Positions 12,061-25,325 of a DNA stretch of 64,000 bases are shown here, one piece after another. The DNA is from Heptranchias perlo. Taxonomy: Eukaryota. Positions within the stretch are counted from its first letter, which is position 1, and each line of letters opens with the position of its first letter. The stretch is taken from NCBI RefSeq assembly GCF_035084215.1, contig NC_090340.1, positions 2,666,001 through 2,730,000 on the forward strand, in the 5' to 3' direction. A program made the translations under genes and the position numbers. The notes under the pieces were generated by a model. The model saw nothing but the letters and a program-made list of their open reading frames with translations, was not told where the DNA came from and searched no databases.

Positions 12061-13894
12061 ATAAAAGGGAACCCAAAAGTCTTCTATAGGCATATAAATA
12101 GTAAACGGGCAATAAGAGGAGGGGTGGGGCTGATTAGGGACCAAAATGGAGACCTACTCATGGAGGCAGAGGGCATGGCCAAGGTACTAAATGAGTACCT
12201 TTCATCTGTCTTTACCAAGGAAGAAGATGCTGCCAAAGGCAGAGTAAAAGAGGAGGTAGTTGAGATATTGAATGGGCTAAAAATTGATAAAGAGGCGGTA
12301 CTAGAAAGGCTGACTGTACTTAAAGTAGATAAGCCACCAGGTCTGGATGGGATTCATCCGAGGTTGCTGAGGGAATTAAGGGTGGAAATTGCACAGGTAC
12401 TGGCCATGATCTTCCAAACACCATAGGTGCGGGGGTGGTGCCAGAGGACTGGAGAATTGCAAATGTTACACCCTTGTTCAAAAAAGGGTGTAAGGATAAA
12501 CCCAGCAACTACAGGCCAGTCAGTTTAACCTTGGTGGTGGGGAAACTTTTAGAAATGATAACCCGAGACAAAACTAACAGTAACTTGGACAAGTGTGGAT
12601 TAATTAAGGAAAGCCAGCGTGGATTTATTAAAGGCAAATCATGTTTAACTAACCTAATTACGTTTTTTGATGAGGTAACAGAGAGGTTTGATGAGGTCAA
12701 TGCAATTGATGTTGTGTATATGGACTTCCAAAAGGCGCTTGATAAAGTGTCACATAACAGGCTTGTCAGCAAAGTTGAAGCCCATGGAATAAAGGGGGCA
12801 GTGGCAGCATAGATACAAAATTGGCTAAATGACAGGAAACAGAGAGTAGTGGTAAACGGTTGTTTTTTGGAATGGAGGGAGGTGTACAGCAGTATTCCCC
12901 AGGGGTAGGTACTAGGACCACTGCTTTCCTTGTTATATATTAATACTTGGACTTGGGTGTACAGGGCACAATTTCAAAATTTGCAGATGACACAAAACTT
13001 GGAAGTGTGGTAAACAGTGCGAGGATAGTGATAGACTTGAAGAGGACATAGATAGGCTGGTGGAATGGTGGGACACATGGCAGATGAAATTTAATGCAGA
13101 GAAGTGCGAAGTGATACATTTTGGTAGGAAGAACGAAGAGAGGCAATGTAAACTAAAGGGCACAATTCTAACGGGGGTGCAAGAATAGCGAGTCCTGCGC
13201 AAAGGTTGTTGAAGGTGGCAGGGTAGATTGAGAAAGCGGTTAAAAAAGCATACAGAATTCAAGGCTTTATAAATAGAGGCATAGAGTACAAAAGCAGGGG
13301 AGTTATGATGAACCTTTTTAAAACACTGGTTCGGCTACAACTGGAGTATTGTTTCCAATTCTGGGCACCGCACTTTAGGAAGGATGTGAAGGCTTTGGAG
13401 AGGGTGCAGAAAAGATTAACTAGAATGGTTCCAGGGATGAGGAACTTCAGTTAGTTGGATAGACTGGAGAAGCTGGGGTTAGGGTTAGGGTTAGAGCAGA
13501 GAAGGTTGAGAGGAGATTTGATAGAGATGTTCAAAATCATAAGGGGTCTAGACAGAGTAGATCAAGAGAAACTGTTCCCATTGGCGGAAGGGTCAAGAAC
13601 CAAAGGACACAGATTTAAGGTGATTGGCAAAAGAACCAAAGGCGAAATGAGGAAAAACTTTTTTACGCAGCGAGTGGCTATAATCTGGAATGAACTGCCC
13701 GAAAGGGTGGTGGAGGCAGATTCAATCATGCCTTTCAAAAGGGAATTGGATGAGTACTTGAACGAAAAAAATATTGCAGGACTATAGGAAAAGGGCGGGG
13801 GTGTGGGACTAGTTGGATTGCTCTTGTAGCGAACTGGCATGGACTCGACAGGTCGAATGGCCTCCTTCTGTGTTGTAACCATTCTATGATTCTA
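12061..13894 (+). mobile_element. 5'-truncated CR1 LINE inserted into the 3' microsatellite tail of the minus-strand CR1
   Basis: ORF2 motifs (WRIANVTPLFKKG, NYRPVSLT, DFQKA); ttctatgattctat tail; flanks aagaacataagaacata and aagagataggagcagg belong to one CR1 tail. Confidence 0.9.
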
Positions 13895-16800
13895 TAAGAG
13901 ATAGGAGCAGGAGCAGGCCATACGGCCGCTCGAGCGTGCTCCACCAATCAATATGACAATTTCAAAGATTCACAACCCTCTGAGTGAAGAAATTTTTCCT
14001 CATCTCAGTCCTAAATGGCCCACCCCTTATCCTGAGTCTATGCCCCCTATTTCTAGACTCTCCAGCCAGGGAAACACCCCCTCAGCATCTACAGTGTCAA
14101 ACCCTCAGAATCTTATGTTTCAATGAGATCACTTTCATTCTTCTAAACTCCAGAGAGTATTGGCCTATTCTACTCAATCTCCCCTGATAGGAGAACCCTC
14201 CAATCCCAGGAATCAATGTCGTGAACCTTTGTTGCACCGCCTCTAAGGCAAGCATATCCTTCCTTAGGAAAAGAGACCAAAACTATACACAATACTCCAG
14301 GTATGGTCTCACCAAAGCCCTGTACAATTGCAGCAAAACTTCCTTACTTTTGTACTCCAACCCTCTTGCAATAAAGGCCAACATACCATTTGCCTTCCTA
14401 ATTGCTTGCTGCACCGGCATGTTAACTTTCTGTGCTTCGTGTACAAGGTCATCCAAATCTCACTGAACACCAACATTTAACAGTTTCTCACCATTGAAAA
14501 ATATTCTGTTTAGATAATTCTTCCTACTATTTCCCCACATTATACTCCATCTGCCGTCTTCTTGCCCACTCACTTAACCCTTTGCAGACTCTTTGTGTCC
14601 TCCTCACAACTCACTTTCCCACCTAGCTTTGTATCATCAGCAAACTTGGATACATTACACTCGGTCCCTTCATCTAAGTCATTAACATAGATTGTAAATA
14701 GTTGAGGCCCAAGCACTGTTCTCTGCAGCATCCCACTAACCTGCCAACCTGTGAATGACTCGTTTATCCCTACCATCTGTTTTCTATCCATTAACCAATC
14801 CTCTGTCCACGCTAATATATTACCCCGACCCCTATGAGCCCTTAGCTTGTGTAAAAAGCTTTTGTGCAGCACCTTATCAAATGCCTTTTGAAAATCCAAA
14901 TATACTACATCCACTGGTTCCCCTTTTTCTACCCTGCTAGTTAGTCTCAAAAAACTCTTAACAGATTTGCAAACATGATTTTCCTTTCATAAAACCATGT
15001 TGACTCTGCCAAATCATATTATGATTGTCTAAGTGCCCTGTTACCACGTCCTTAATAATAGATTTCAGCATTTTCCTGACGACTGATGTCAGGCTAACAG
15101 GCTTGTTGTTCTCTGTTTTCTCTCTCCCTCCTTTCTTGAATAGCGGGGTTACATTTGCTACCTTCCAATCCACTGGGACCATTCTAGAATCTAGGGAACT
15201 TTGGAAGACCACAACCAATGCATCTATGCAGCCACCTCTTTTAGGACCTTAGGATGTAGGCCATCAGGTCCAGGGGATTTGTTGCCTTTTAATCCCATTA
15301 ATTTCTCCAGTACATTTTCTTTACTAATATTAATTACTTTAAGTTCCTCATTCTCATTTGTCTTTTGGTTCCCCACTATTTCTGGTATGTTTTTTGTGTC
15401 CTCTACTGTGAAGACAGATACAAAATGTTTGTTTAACTTCTCTGCCATTTCCTTATTCCCCATTATAATTTCTCCTGTCTCAGCCTCTAAGGGACCCACT
15501 TTCACTACTCTCTCTTCCTTTTTACATACTCATAGAAGCTCTTACAATCTGTTTTTATAGTTCTTGCCAGTTTACTCTCATATTCCATTTTCTCCCTCTT
15601 TATCAATTTCTTGGCCATACTTTTCTGGTTTCCAAAACTCTCCCAATTCTCAGGCGTACTACTCTTCTTCACAACATTATAAGCCTCTTTCAATCTAATA
15701 TTATCCTTAACTTCTTCAGTTAGCCACGGATGGCTCACTTGCCCCGTGGAGTTTTTATTCCTCAATGGAATGTATATTCATTGAAACTTATGAAATATTA
15801 CTTTAAATGTTTGCCATTGCTTATCTACTATCATGTCTTTTAATCTAATTTCCCAATGAACTTTAGCCAACTCGCCCCTCATAACTATTTAATTGGCTTT
15901 GTTTAAGTTTAAGACCCTAGTTTCGGACTTAAGTAGTCACTCTCAAACTCAATGTGAAATTCTATCATATTATGATCTCTCTGCCCCAGAGGATCCCTTG
16001 CTATGAGATTACTAATTTACCCTGTCTCATTACACAAGACAAGATCTAAAATAGCCTGTATTGGTTTCACGACGTATTGTTTGAGGAAACAGTCTCAAAT
16101 GCATTCCATGAACTCATCCTCCAAACTACTTTTGCCAATTTGATTTGTCCAGTCTATATGAAGATTGAAGTCCCTCACGATTATGCATTGCCCTTGTTAC
16201 AAGCTCCTCTTATTTCTTGATTAATATTCTGTCCAACAGTATAACCACTGTTTACAGTGCCTATTAGCTACTCCCACCAGTGCTTTCTGCCCCTTGTTAT
16301 TTCTTATCTCCACCCATACTGATTCTGCTTCCCAATCTTCTATGCCACGATCCTTTCTCACTATTGTCTTTATGTCATCCTTTATTATCAGGGCTACACC
16401 CCACCCCATCGCCTCCTCTTCCATTTTGTCTGACTTTTCTAAAAGTCAAGTACCCTGGAATATTTAATTCCAACCTTGGTCACCCAGCAACCATGTCTCA
16501 GTATTGACGACTAGATCAAACCCCTTTATCTCTATTTGTGCCATTAATTCATCTATCTTGTTACGAATGCTCCGTGTATTCAGATAAAGTGCCTTTAATT
16601 TTAACATTTTACTATTTTTCCCTGATTTGACCTTATTCACTGATGCGCTATTACCGCCAAACTCTCTGTCCCTTCCTGAGACACTCTGCTTATCTTTACC
16701 CAAATCGTTACACTGCCCTATGGCCTTGACTTTTCTCTTTAGATTTAAAATGTTACCCTTATCTGAATTTCCCCCCACTCCTTCCCCCATTTTAGTTTAA

Positions 16801-18070
16801 AGCCCTATATTCTGCCCTAGTTATTCGATTTATCTGGTCCCAGCCCAGTTTAAGTGGAGCCCTTCCCAACGGAACAGCTCCCTCTTTTCCCAGTACTGGT
16901 GCCCATGCCCCATGTATCAAAACCCCTGTCTCACACACCACTCTTCGAACCATGTATTTAACTCACTGCTCTGTTTGACCCTATGCCAATTTGCGTGTGG
17001 CTCAGGTAGCAATCCAGAGATTATTACCTTTGAGGTTTTACTTATTAATTTGGACCCTAGCTCTTCAAACTCCCTCAGCATAACCTCATTCTGAGTTCTA
17101 CCTATGTCGTTGGTTCCTACATGGACCACGATAACTGGATCCTCCCCTTCATGCTCCAAGTTCTTCTCCAGCTGCGAGGAGGTGTCCTTAACCCTGGCAC
17201 CGGGCAGGCAACCCAGCCTGTGGGACTCCCGGTCATGGCTGCAGAGAACGGTATCTATCCCCCTGACAATACCTTCCCCTACCACTATCACTTTCCTTTT
17301 TACTCCTACCACTTAAATGGCCTCCTGTACCACGTTGCCATGGTAAAGTTGCCCATCCTCTCTGCAGACTTTGTTCTCATCCACACAGGTAGCAAGTACC
17401 TTGTACCAGTTGGACAAGGTCAAATGCTGAGGCTCCTCCATCACTGGATCTTGGGACCCCATACCTGCCTGACTCGCAGTCACATCCTCCTGTCCCTGAC
17501 CACTGAACGAATCTAAGCCACTACCTAACCTAAGGGGCGTAACTGCCTCCTGGATCAAAGTGTCCAGGTAACTCTCGCCCTCCCTGATGTATCGCAATAC
17601 CTGCAGCTCTGACTCCAGATCAACAACTCGGAGCCGAAGTTCCTCGAGTTGCAGACACTTACTGCAGATGTGGTTACTCGGGATCTCACTGGTCTCCATC
17701 AACTCCCACATACTGCAGTTACTACATACCATCGACCCTGACATCCCTATCTAATCCTGCTTCATATATTTAATTAATCAAAGTTTTTATGGAATTAATT
17801 GACTTGGTTTATTTCTGTTTTTTTTAAACTAATTGATTTATCTACTTGTAACAAGTTGCCCGCTCATTTTGACTGTTCATTTTTAAGGCTTTTTAACTAA
17901 TACTAACAGATTAACCACTAAAAGCACAAACCACCATCAAAGACAATAACCACTAAACACAATAATCCTTAAAAACACTCAGGAACAAACTAAATACTTC
18001 CAGCGACTGAACCTCCGCGCTCCTCTGTGATGTCACTTTGTATCTTTTTCTTGAGTTTTTTGGTTCCACC
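13895..18070 (-). mobile_element. Near full-length decayed CR1 LINE (ORF1 zinc finger/esterase ~17744-16792; ORF2 EN/RT fragments)
   Basis: CSNCSMW...CSKC zinc finger, VVHVGTND esterase motif, LYLNTRS, TETWL, KSPGPDG, KFADDTK; many stops and indels. Confidence 0.92.
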
Positions 18071-18072
18071 GC

Positions 18073-21000
18073 CCGGGTCCACTCTCCCCGCTCCTGTTAT
18101 TAATCCCCGGGTCCACTCTCCCCGCTCCTTTTATTAATCCCCGGGTCCACTCTCCCCGCTCCTGTTATTAATCCCTGAGTCCACTCTCCCCGCTCCTTTT
18201 ATTAATCCCCGGGTCCACTCTCCCCGCTCCTGTTATTAATCCCCTAGTCCACTCTCCCCGCTCCTGTTATTAATCCCTGAGTCCACTCTCCCCGCTCCTT
18301 TTATTAATCCCCGGGTCCACTCTCCCCGCTCCTTTTATTAATCCCCGGGTCCACTCTCCCCGCTCCTTTTATTAATCCCCGGGTCCACTCCCCGCTCCTT
18401 TTATTAATCCCCTGGTCCACTCTCCCCGCTCCTTTTATTAATCCCCGGGTCCACTCTCCCCGCTCCTTTTATTAATCCCCGGGTCCACTCTCCCCGCTCC
18501 TTTTATTAATCCCCTGGTCCACTCTCCCCGCTCCTTTTATTAATCCCCTGGTCCACTCTCCCCGCTCCTTTTATTAATCCCCGGGTCCACTCTCCCCGCT
18601 CCTTTTATTAATCCCCGGGTCCACTCTCCCCGCTCCTTTTATTAATCCCCGGGTCCACTCTCCCCGCTCCTGTTATTAATCCCCTGGTCCACTCTCCCCG
18701 CTCCTTTTATTAATCCCCGGGTCCACTCTCCCCGCTCCTTTTATTAATCCCCGGGTCCACTCTCCCCGCTCCTTTTATTGATCCCCGGGTCCACTCTCCC
18801 CGCTCCTGTTATTAATCCCCGGGTCCACTCTCCCCGCTCCTTTTATTAATCCCCTAGTCCACTCTCCCCGCTCCTGTTATTAATCCCCGGGTCCACTCTC
18901 CCCGCTCCTTTTATTAATCCCCTGGTCCACTCTCCCCGCTCCTTTTATTGATCCCCGGGTCCACTCTCCCCGCTCCTTTTATTGATCCCCGGGTCCACTC
19001 TCCCCGCTCCTTTTATTAATCCCCTGGTCCACTCTCCCCGCTCCTGTTATTAATCCCCTGGTCCACTCTCCCCGCTCCTTTTATTAATCCCCGGGTCCAC
19101 TCTCCCCGCTCCTTTTATTAATCCCCTGGTCCACTCTCCCCGCTCCTTTTATTAATCCCCGGGTCCACTCTCCCCGCTCCTTTTATTAATCCCCTAGTCC
19201 ACTCTCCCCGCTCCTGTTATTAATCCCCGGGTCCACTCTCCCCGCTCCTTTTATTAATCCCCTGGTCCACTCTCCCCGCTCCTTTTATTGATCCCCGGGT
19301 CCACTCTCCCCGCTCCTTTTATTGATCCCCGGGTCCACTCTCCCCGCTCCTTTTATTAATCCCCTGGTCCACTCTCCCCGCTCCTGTTATTAATCCCCTG
19401 GTCCACTCTCCCCGCTCCTTTTATTAATCCCCGGGTCCACTCTCCCCGCTCCTTTTATTAATCCCCTGGTCCACTCTCCCCGCTCCTTTTATTAATCCCC
19501 GGGTCCACTCTCCCCGCTCCTTTTATTAATCCCCGGGTCCACTCTCCCCGCTCCTGTTATTAATCCCTGAGTCCACTCTCCCCGCTCCTTTTATTAATCC
19601 CTGAGTCCACTCTCCCCGCTCCTTTTATTAATCCCCGGGTCCACTCTCCCCGCTCCTTTTATTAATCCCCTAGTCCACTCTCCCCGCTCCTTTTATTAAT
19701 CCCCGGGTCCACTCTCTCCGCTCCTTTTATTAATCCCCGGGTCCACTCTCCCCGCTGCTTTTATTAATCCCCTAGTCCACTCTCCCCGCTCCTTTTATTA
19801 ATCCCCGGGTCCACTCTCTCCGCTCCTTTTATTGATCCCCGGGTCCACTCTCCCCGCTCCTTTTATTAATCCCCGGGTCCACTCTCCCCGCTCCTTTTAT
19901 TAATCCCTGAGTCCACTCTCCCCGCTCCTTTTATTAATCCCTGAGTCCACTCTCCCCGCTCCTTTTATTAATCCCCGGGTCCACTCTCCCCGCTCCTTTT
20001 ATTAATCCCCTAGTCCACTCTCCCCGCTCCTTTTATTAATCCCCGGGTCCACTCTCTCCGCTCCTTTTATTAATCCCCGGGTCCACTCTCCCCGCTGCTT
20101 TTATTAATCCCCTAGTCCACTCTCCCCGCTCCTTTTATTAATCCCCGGGTCCACTCTCTCCGCTCCTTTTATTAATCCCCTGGTCCACTCTCTCCGCTCC
20201 TTTTATTGATCCCCGGGTCCACTCTCCCCGCTCCTTTTATTAATCCCCGGGTCCACTCTCCCCGCTCCTTTTATTGATCCCCGGGTCCACTCTCCCCGCT
20301 CCTGTTATTAATCCCCGGGTCCACTCTCCCCGCTCCTTTTATTAATCCCCTAGTCCACTCTCCCCGCTCCTGTTATTAATCCCCGGGTCCACTCTCCCCG
20401 CTCCTTTTATTAATCCCCTGGTCCACTCTCCCCGCTCCTTTTATTGATCCCCGGGTCCACTCTCCCCGCTCCTTTTATTGATCCCCGGGTCCACTCTCCC
20501 CGCTGCTTTTATTAATCCCCTGGTCCACTCTCCCCGCTCCTTTTATTGATCCCCGGGTCCACTCTCCCCGCTGCTTTTATTAATCCCCTGGTCCACTCTC
20601 CCCGCTCCTTTTATTAATCCCCGGGTCCACTCTCCCCGCTCCTTTTATTAATCCCCGGGTCCACTCTCCCCGCTCCTTTTATTAATCCCCTGGTCCACTC
20701 TCCCCGCTCCTTTTATTAATCCCCGGGTCCACTCTCCCCGCTCCTTTTATTAATCCCCGGGTCCACTCTCCCCGCTCCTGTTATTAATCCCTGAGTCCAC
20801 TCTCCCCGCTCCTTTTATTAATCCCTGAGTCCACTCTCCCCGCTCCTTTTATTAATCCCCGGGTCCACTCTCCCCGCTCCTTTTATTAATCCCCGGGTCC
20901 ACTCTCCCCGCTCCTTTTATTAATCCCCGGGTCCACTCTCCCCGCTCCTTTTATTAATCCCCGGGTCCACTCTCCCCGCTCCTTTTATTAATCCCTGAGT

Positions 21001-22025
21001 CCACTCTCCCCGCTCCTTTTATTAATCCCCGGGTCCACTCTCCCCGCTCCTTTTATTAATCCCCGGGTCCACTCTCCCCGCTCCTTTTATTGATCCCCGG
21101 GTCCACTCTCCCCGCTCCTTTTATTGATCCCCGGGTCCACTCTCCCCGCTCCTTTTATTAATCCCCGGGTCCACTCTCCCCGCTCCTTTTATTGATCCCC
21201 GGGTCCACTCTCCCCGCTCCTTTTATTGATCCCTGAGTCCACTCTCCCCGCTCCTTTTATTAATCCCCTGGTCCACTCTCCCCGCTCCTTTTATTAATCC
21301 ATGAGTCCACTCTCCCCGCTCCTTTTATTGATCCCCGGGTCCACTCCCCGCTCCTTTTATTGATCCCCGGGTCCACTCTCCCCACTCTTTTTATTAATCC
21401 CTGAGTCCACTCTCCCCCTTCCTTTTTTTGATCCCCGGGTCCACTCTCCCCGCTCCTTTTATTAATCCCCTGGTCCACTCTCCCCACTCTTTTTATTAAT
21501 CCCTGAGTCCACTCTCCCCCTTCCTTTTATTGATCCCTGAGTCCACTCTCCCCGCTCCTTTTATTAATCCCCTGGTCCACTCTCCCCACTCTTTTTATTA
21601 ATCCCTGAGTCCACTCTCCCCGCTCTTTTTATTAATCCCTGAGTCCACTCTCCCCGCTCCTTTTATTAATCCCCTGGTCCACTCTCCCCACTCTTTTTAT
21701 TAATCCCCGGGTCCACTCTCCCCGCTCCTTTTATTAATCCCCTGGTCCACTCTCCCCACTCTTTTTATTAATCCCTGAGTCCACTCTCCCCCTTCCTTTT
21801 ATTGATCCCCGGGTCCACTCTCCCCGCTCCTTTTATTAATCCCCTGGTCCACTCTCCCCACTCTTTTTATTAATCCCTGAGTCCACTCTCCCCCCTCCTT
21901 TTATTGATCCCCGGGTCCACGCTCCCCGCTCATTTTATTGATCCCCGGGTCCGCTCTCCACACTCCTTTTACTGATCTGCTGGGTCCACTCTCCCCGCTC
22001 CTTTTATTGATATCTGGGGTCCGCT
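18073..22025. repeat. 34-bp tandem array (gggtccactctccccgctccttttattaatcccc)n, ~115 copies
   Basis: Exact 34-bp period, few variant positions, no spacers. Confidence 0.97.
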
Positions 22026-22059
22026 TTGCCCGCGCCTGCCCCGGTAGTGTTAGAAAGAA

Positions 22060-22548
22060 CAACGTAGAGGGAGCTTTACTCTCTATCTAATCCGTGCTGT
22101 ACCTGCCCTGGGAGTGTTTGATGGGCAATGTAGAGGGCGCTTTACTTTGTATCTAACCCGTGTGTACCTGCCCTGGGATGTTTGATGGGACAATGTAGAG
22201 GGAGCTTTACTCTGTATCTAACCTGTAGTGCACCTGCCCTGGGAGTGTTTGATGGGACAGTGTAGCGGGAGTTTTACACTGAATCATACCTGTGTTATAC
22301 CTATCCTGGGAGTGTTTATAAGGCACTGTAGTGGGAGCTTTATTCAGTCTCAAATGTTTGCTATACTGTCTCTGGAAGTATTTAATAGGACAGTGTGGAG
22401 ATAATTTGCTCTGTATCTAACCCGTGCTGTGCTTGACTTCGGAGTCTTTAATGGGACAGTGTAGAGGGAGTTTGCTCTGTAGCTAACCTGTGCTGTGCTT
22501 GGCCTTTGAGTTTTTGATGGGTTAGTGTAAAGGAATCTTTACTCTGTA
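22060..22548. repeat. 67-bp tandem repeat array
   Basis: Same unit as 3900-4622. Confidence 0.88.
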
Positions 22549-23296
22549 ACCTCCTCCAGCCCTACAACCCTCCGGGTTTCCTGCACTCCTCCAATTCTTT
22601 CCTCTTGTGCATCCCTGATTTTAATCGCTTCACCATTGACGGCTGTGCCTTCAGCTTCCTAGGCCCTAAGCTCTGGAATTGCCTCCCGAAACCTCTCTAC
22701 TTCGCGCTCATCCTTTAAGACGCTCTTTAAAACCTACCTCTTTGAGCACGTACTGCCCCTGTGCATACTGCCCCTTGCGCACTGCCCCGTCCACAGTGTC
22801 ACTGTGCACACTGCCCCTGTGCGCACTTCCCCTGTGCGCTCTGCCCCTGAACCTACTGCCCCTATACATACTGCCCCTTGCGCACTGCCCCTGTGCATAC
22901 TGCCCCTTGCGTACTGCCACAGGGGCAGTAAATGTAGCGACAGTGTGCACAGGGGCAGTGCGCACAGAGACAGTACGCACAGGGGCAGTACATGCAGGGA
23001 CAATGTGCACAGGGCACATTAAATTCTATCTGCCAAACCTACCTCTTTGACCAAAAGCTTGGTCAAAGAGTTAGGTTTTAAAGAGCGACTTAAAGGATGA
23101 GCGCGAAGTGGAGAGGTTTCGGGAGGGATTTCCAGAGCTTAGGGCCTAGGAAGTTGAAGGCACAGTCGTCAATGGTGTAGCGATTAAAATCAGGGATGCA
23201 CACGTAGCAAGACTTAGAGGAGTGCAGGGATCTCGGAGGGTTTTAGGGCTGGAGGAGGTTACAGAGTAAAGATCCCTTTACACTAATCCATCAAAA
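22511..23296. repeat. Inverted repeat (~235-bp arms 22511-22745 / 23062-23296) of a satellite-L2 LINE junction around a ~16-bp minisatellite
   Basis: Arms are reverse complements; the L2-like 3' segment encodes LWN.LP...FKTYLF-type sequence. Confidence 0.85.
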
Positions 23297-23299
23297 TCT

Positions 23300-23730
23300 A
23301 CATGCACTGCCTTTATACCCACTTTCTTTACAGACATTTCCCCATACACACTGTCCCTATGCACACTGCCCCTGTACGCACTGCCCCGTGCACACTACTC
23401 CTGTGCGCAGTGTCCCTGCGTGCACTGCCCCTGCACGCACTGCTCCTGCACACACTGCCCCGCACGCAGTATTCTTGTGCGCTCTGCCCCTGTGCGCTCT
23501 GTCCTTGCACGTACTGTCCCTGTGTGCAGTGTCCCTGCGCACAGTGTCCCTGCGCACAGTGTCCCTGTGTGCACTGCCCCTATGCGCTCTGCCCCTGTGA
23601 ATATTGCACCCTGCGCACTGCCCCTGTGCGCAGTGTCCCTACACATACTGCCCCTACATGCAGTGCCCCTGCAGCACTGCTTTTATACCAACTTTCTTTA
23701 TACACACTGCCCCTATACACACTGCGCCTA
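23300..23730. repeat. ~16-bp degenerate minisatellite (gcactgcccctgtgc)n
   Basis: Repeated actgcccctgtg cores; same family fills 22746-23020. Confidence 0.85.
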
Positions 23731-23899
23731 AAGGATTCCTGTTCTGTCTGTTAATGCCAGTTCATTTATTTTTCTTTCTTCGCTCCCTCTTGACCCCCTT
23801 GACTTTGTCTCCAAGCAGGAAAATGTGAAGTAAAGAAATGAGCAAAGGAAAACAAGAGAGAGAGAGAGTGCAGGAGCGCACAGCAAGAAGATTGCTGTT

Positions 23900-25010
23900 T
23901 GAAGACAGCCTGAAAGTGCAGAGCTGAGAGCAGTCATTGTTGGTAAGAAGCTCCGACTGCACCTGATATTCCCATCAGTATCACATCCAAGCTCTGTCAG
24001 TTTCCATGGCAGCTCCTGCTGCTGTGGAAACTGAAACTGCTGCCATCTTGGCTGTGGGGGCCAGTGTTGCCAGGGGCATCAAGAGTGCCACACTACTTCT
24101 GCACTCAGTTCTGGCACAGAGCCATAGGAATGCTAAGGTGCAGTCCCAGGAGGGTGGACTTGGCTCCATGGGAGAGGCACCTGCTGTCCTCTCTCAGAAT
24201 GACAGCATGCCTGCATCCCCACCAGCCACTCCACCAGTTTCCTTGTTAATGTCACACAGTCAGCTGGGCCCGACTGCCCCGGCCCACATCGAGATGCTGC
24301 AGTCTGTAGCTGGGACCTCAGGGCCCAGGGCTCGAGGTCGACCACCACGGTCATCTGAAGTGTCCTCAATGGAAGATCAGCAGCCTCCGACCCACCAAAC
24401 TCCAGCCATTGCGGAAACACCTAGTAGGAAAGATAAACCTGCTAATAAGACAGGCACTAAGGGGTAGCATGAGGGTGATTCATAATTATACTTGTTAAAT
24501 ATAATGCACAAATGGAATTAAGTTGTTGCATAATTTTTTTCTAGATTCGGTCTTCTGTGTTAATATGTGTAGTGAAGTGAGGGCAATACTTATCAGGCTG
24601 GACTGAAGGAAGGCAATCGGATGATGGTAGTAAGGATGATGGTGATAATGATTTAGGGCCGAATGGTGTTTTGTGGATGAGATGGATGGTTTAATTGAAG
24701 GCCTCTTGGATGCGTTGCTCTCTAAGAGCTCTGGCAGCTAGGGGCACTGATGGTCGATGCTGCCCTGTTCCTCCTCCTCTTCCTGCATTTTTTTCTGCTC
24801 AGGTGATGGTAACTAGCAAAGTTATGCAGCACATGCCCACACATCTGTATACCTACTTACTGCAAAACTCCCCCCCCCCCACACCCAACGAACGGTCCAG
24901 GCAGCGGCAGTGTTGCTTGAGCTCACTGACAGTCTATTCGAGGATATTTCTGACAGTAGCATGGTTCTCATTGTATGCCTGCTCTGTGGCTCTGCCCAAG
25001 TTCCTGTTGG
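23900..25010. mobile_element. Decayed PIF/Harbinger remnant (Myb-partner C-terminus on +, transposase C-terminus on -)
   Basis: ORF 24006-24467 resembles 55139-55882 (AHIEM.QS.AG.S.PRA.GRPPR); minus strand ~24900-24985 reads QAYNENHATVRNILE*..LKQHCRCLDRS. Confidence 0.75.
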
Positions 25011-25019
25011 ACGTGCTGG

Positions 25020-25325
25020 CTTTTGGATGAGATGTTAAACCGTGGCCCTCTCTCAGGGCTGTAAAAGATCACATGGCACTATCAGAGAAGAGTACGGGAG
25101 TTCTCCCGGTATGCTGGTCAATATTTATTCCTCAACAAATGCCTAAAACAGATTGTCTGATTATTTCTTTTATTGCTGTTTGTGGGAACTTGCTGTGCGG
25201 AAATTGCTTGTCCCATTCCCTACATTTCAAGAGTGACTACATTTGGAAAGTATTTAATTGGCTGTAAAGAATTTTGGGACATCCTGAGGTCACGAAAGGA
25301 GCTATAAAAATGCAAGTTCTCTTTT
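25020..25325 (+). mobile_element. Partial Deu-domain SINE
   Basis: ggatgagatgttaaaccg...taaaagatc.catggcactat core; homologous to 47168-47535. Confidence 0.7.

Noticed and set aside
18073-22025. CRISPR-like periodic 34-bp repeat
   Set aside because: No unique spacers, no cas genes, eukaryotic context
22679-23828. Cys-rich metallothionein/keratin-like ORFs
   Set aside because: Products of the ~16-bp minisatellite on both strands
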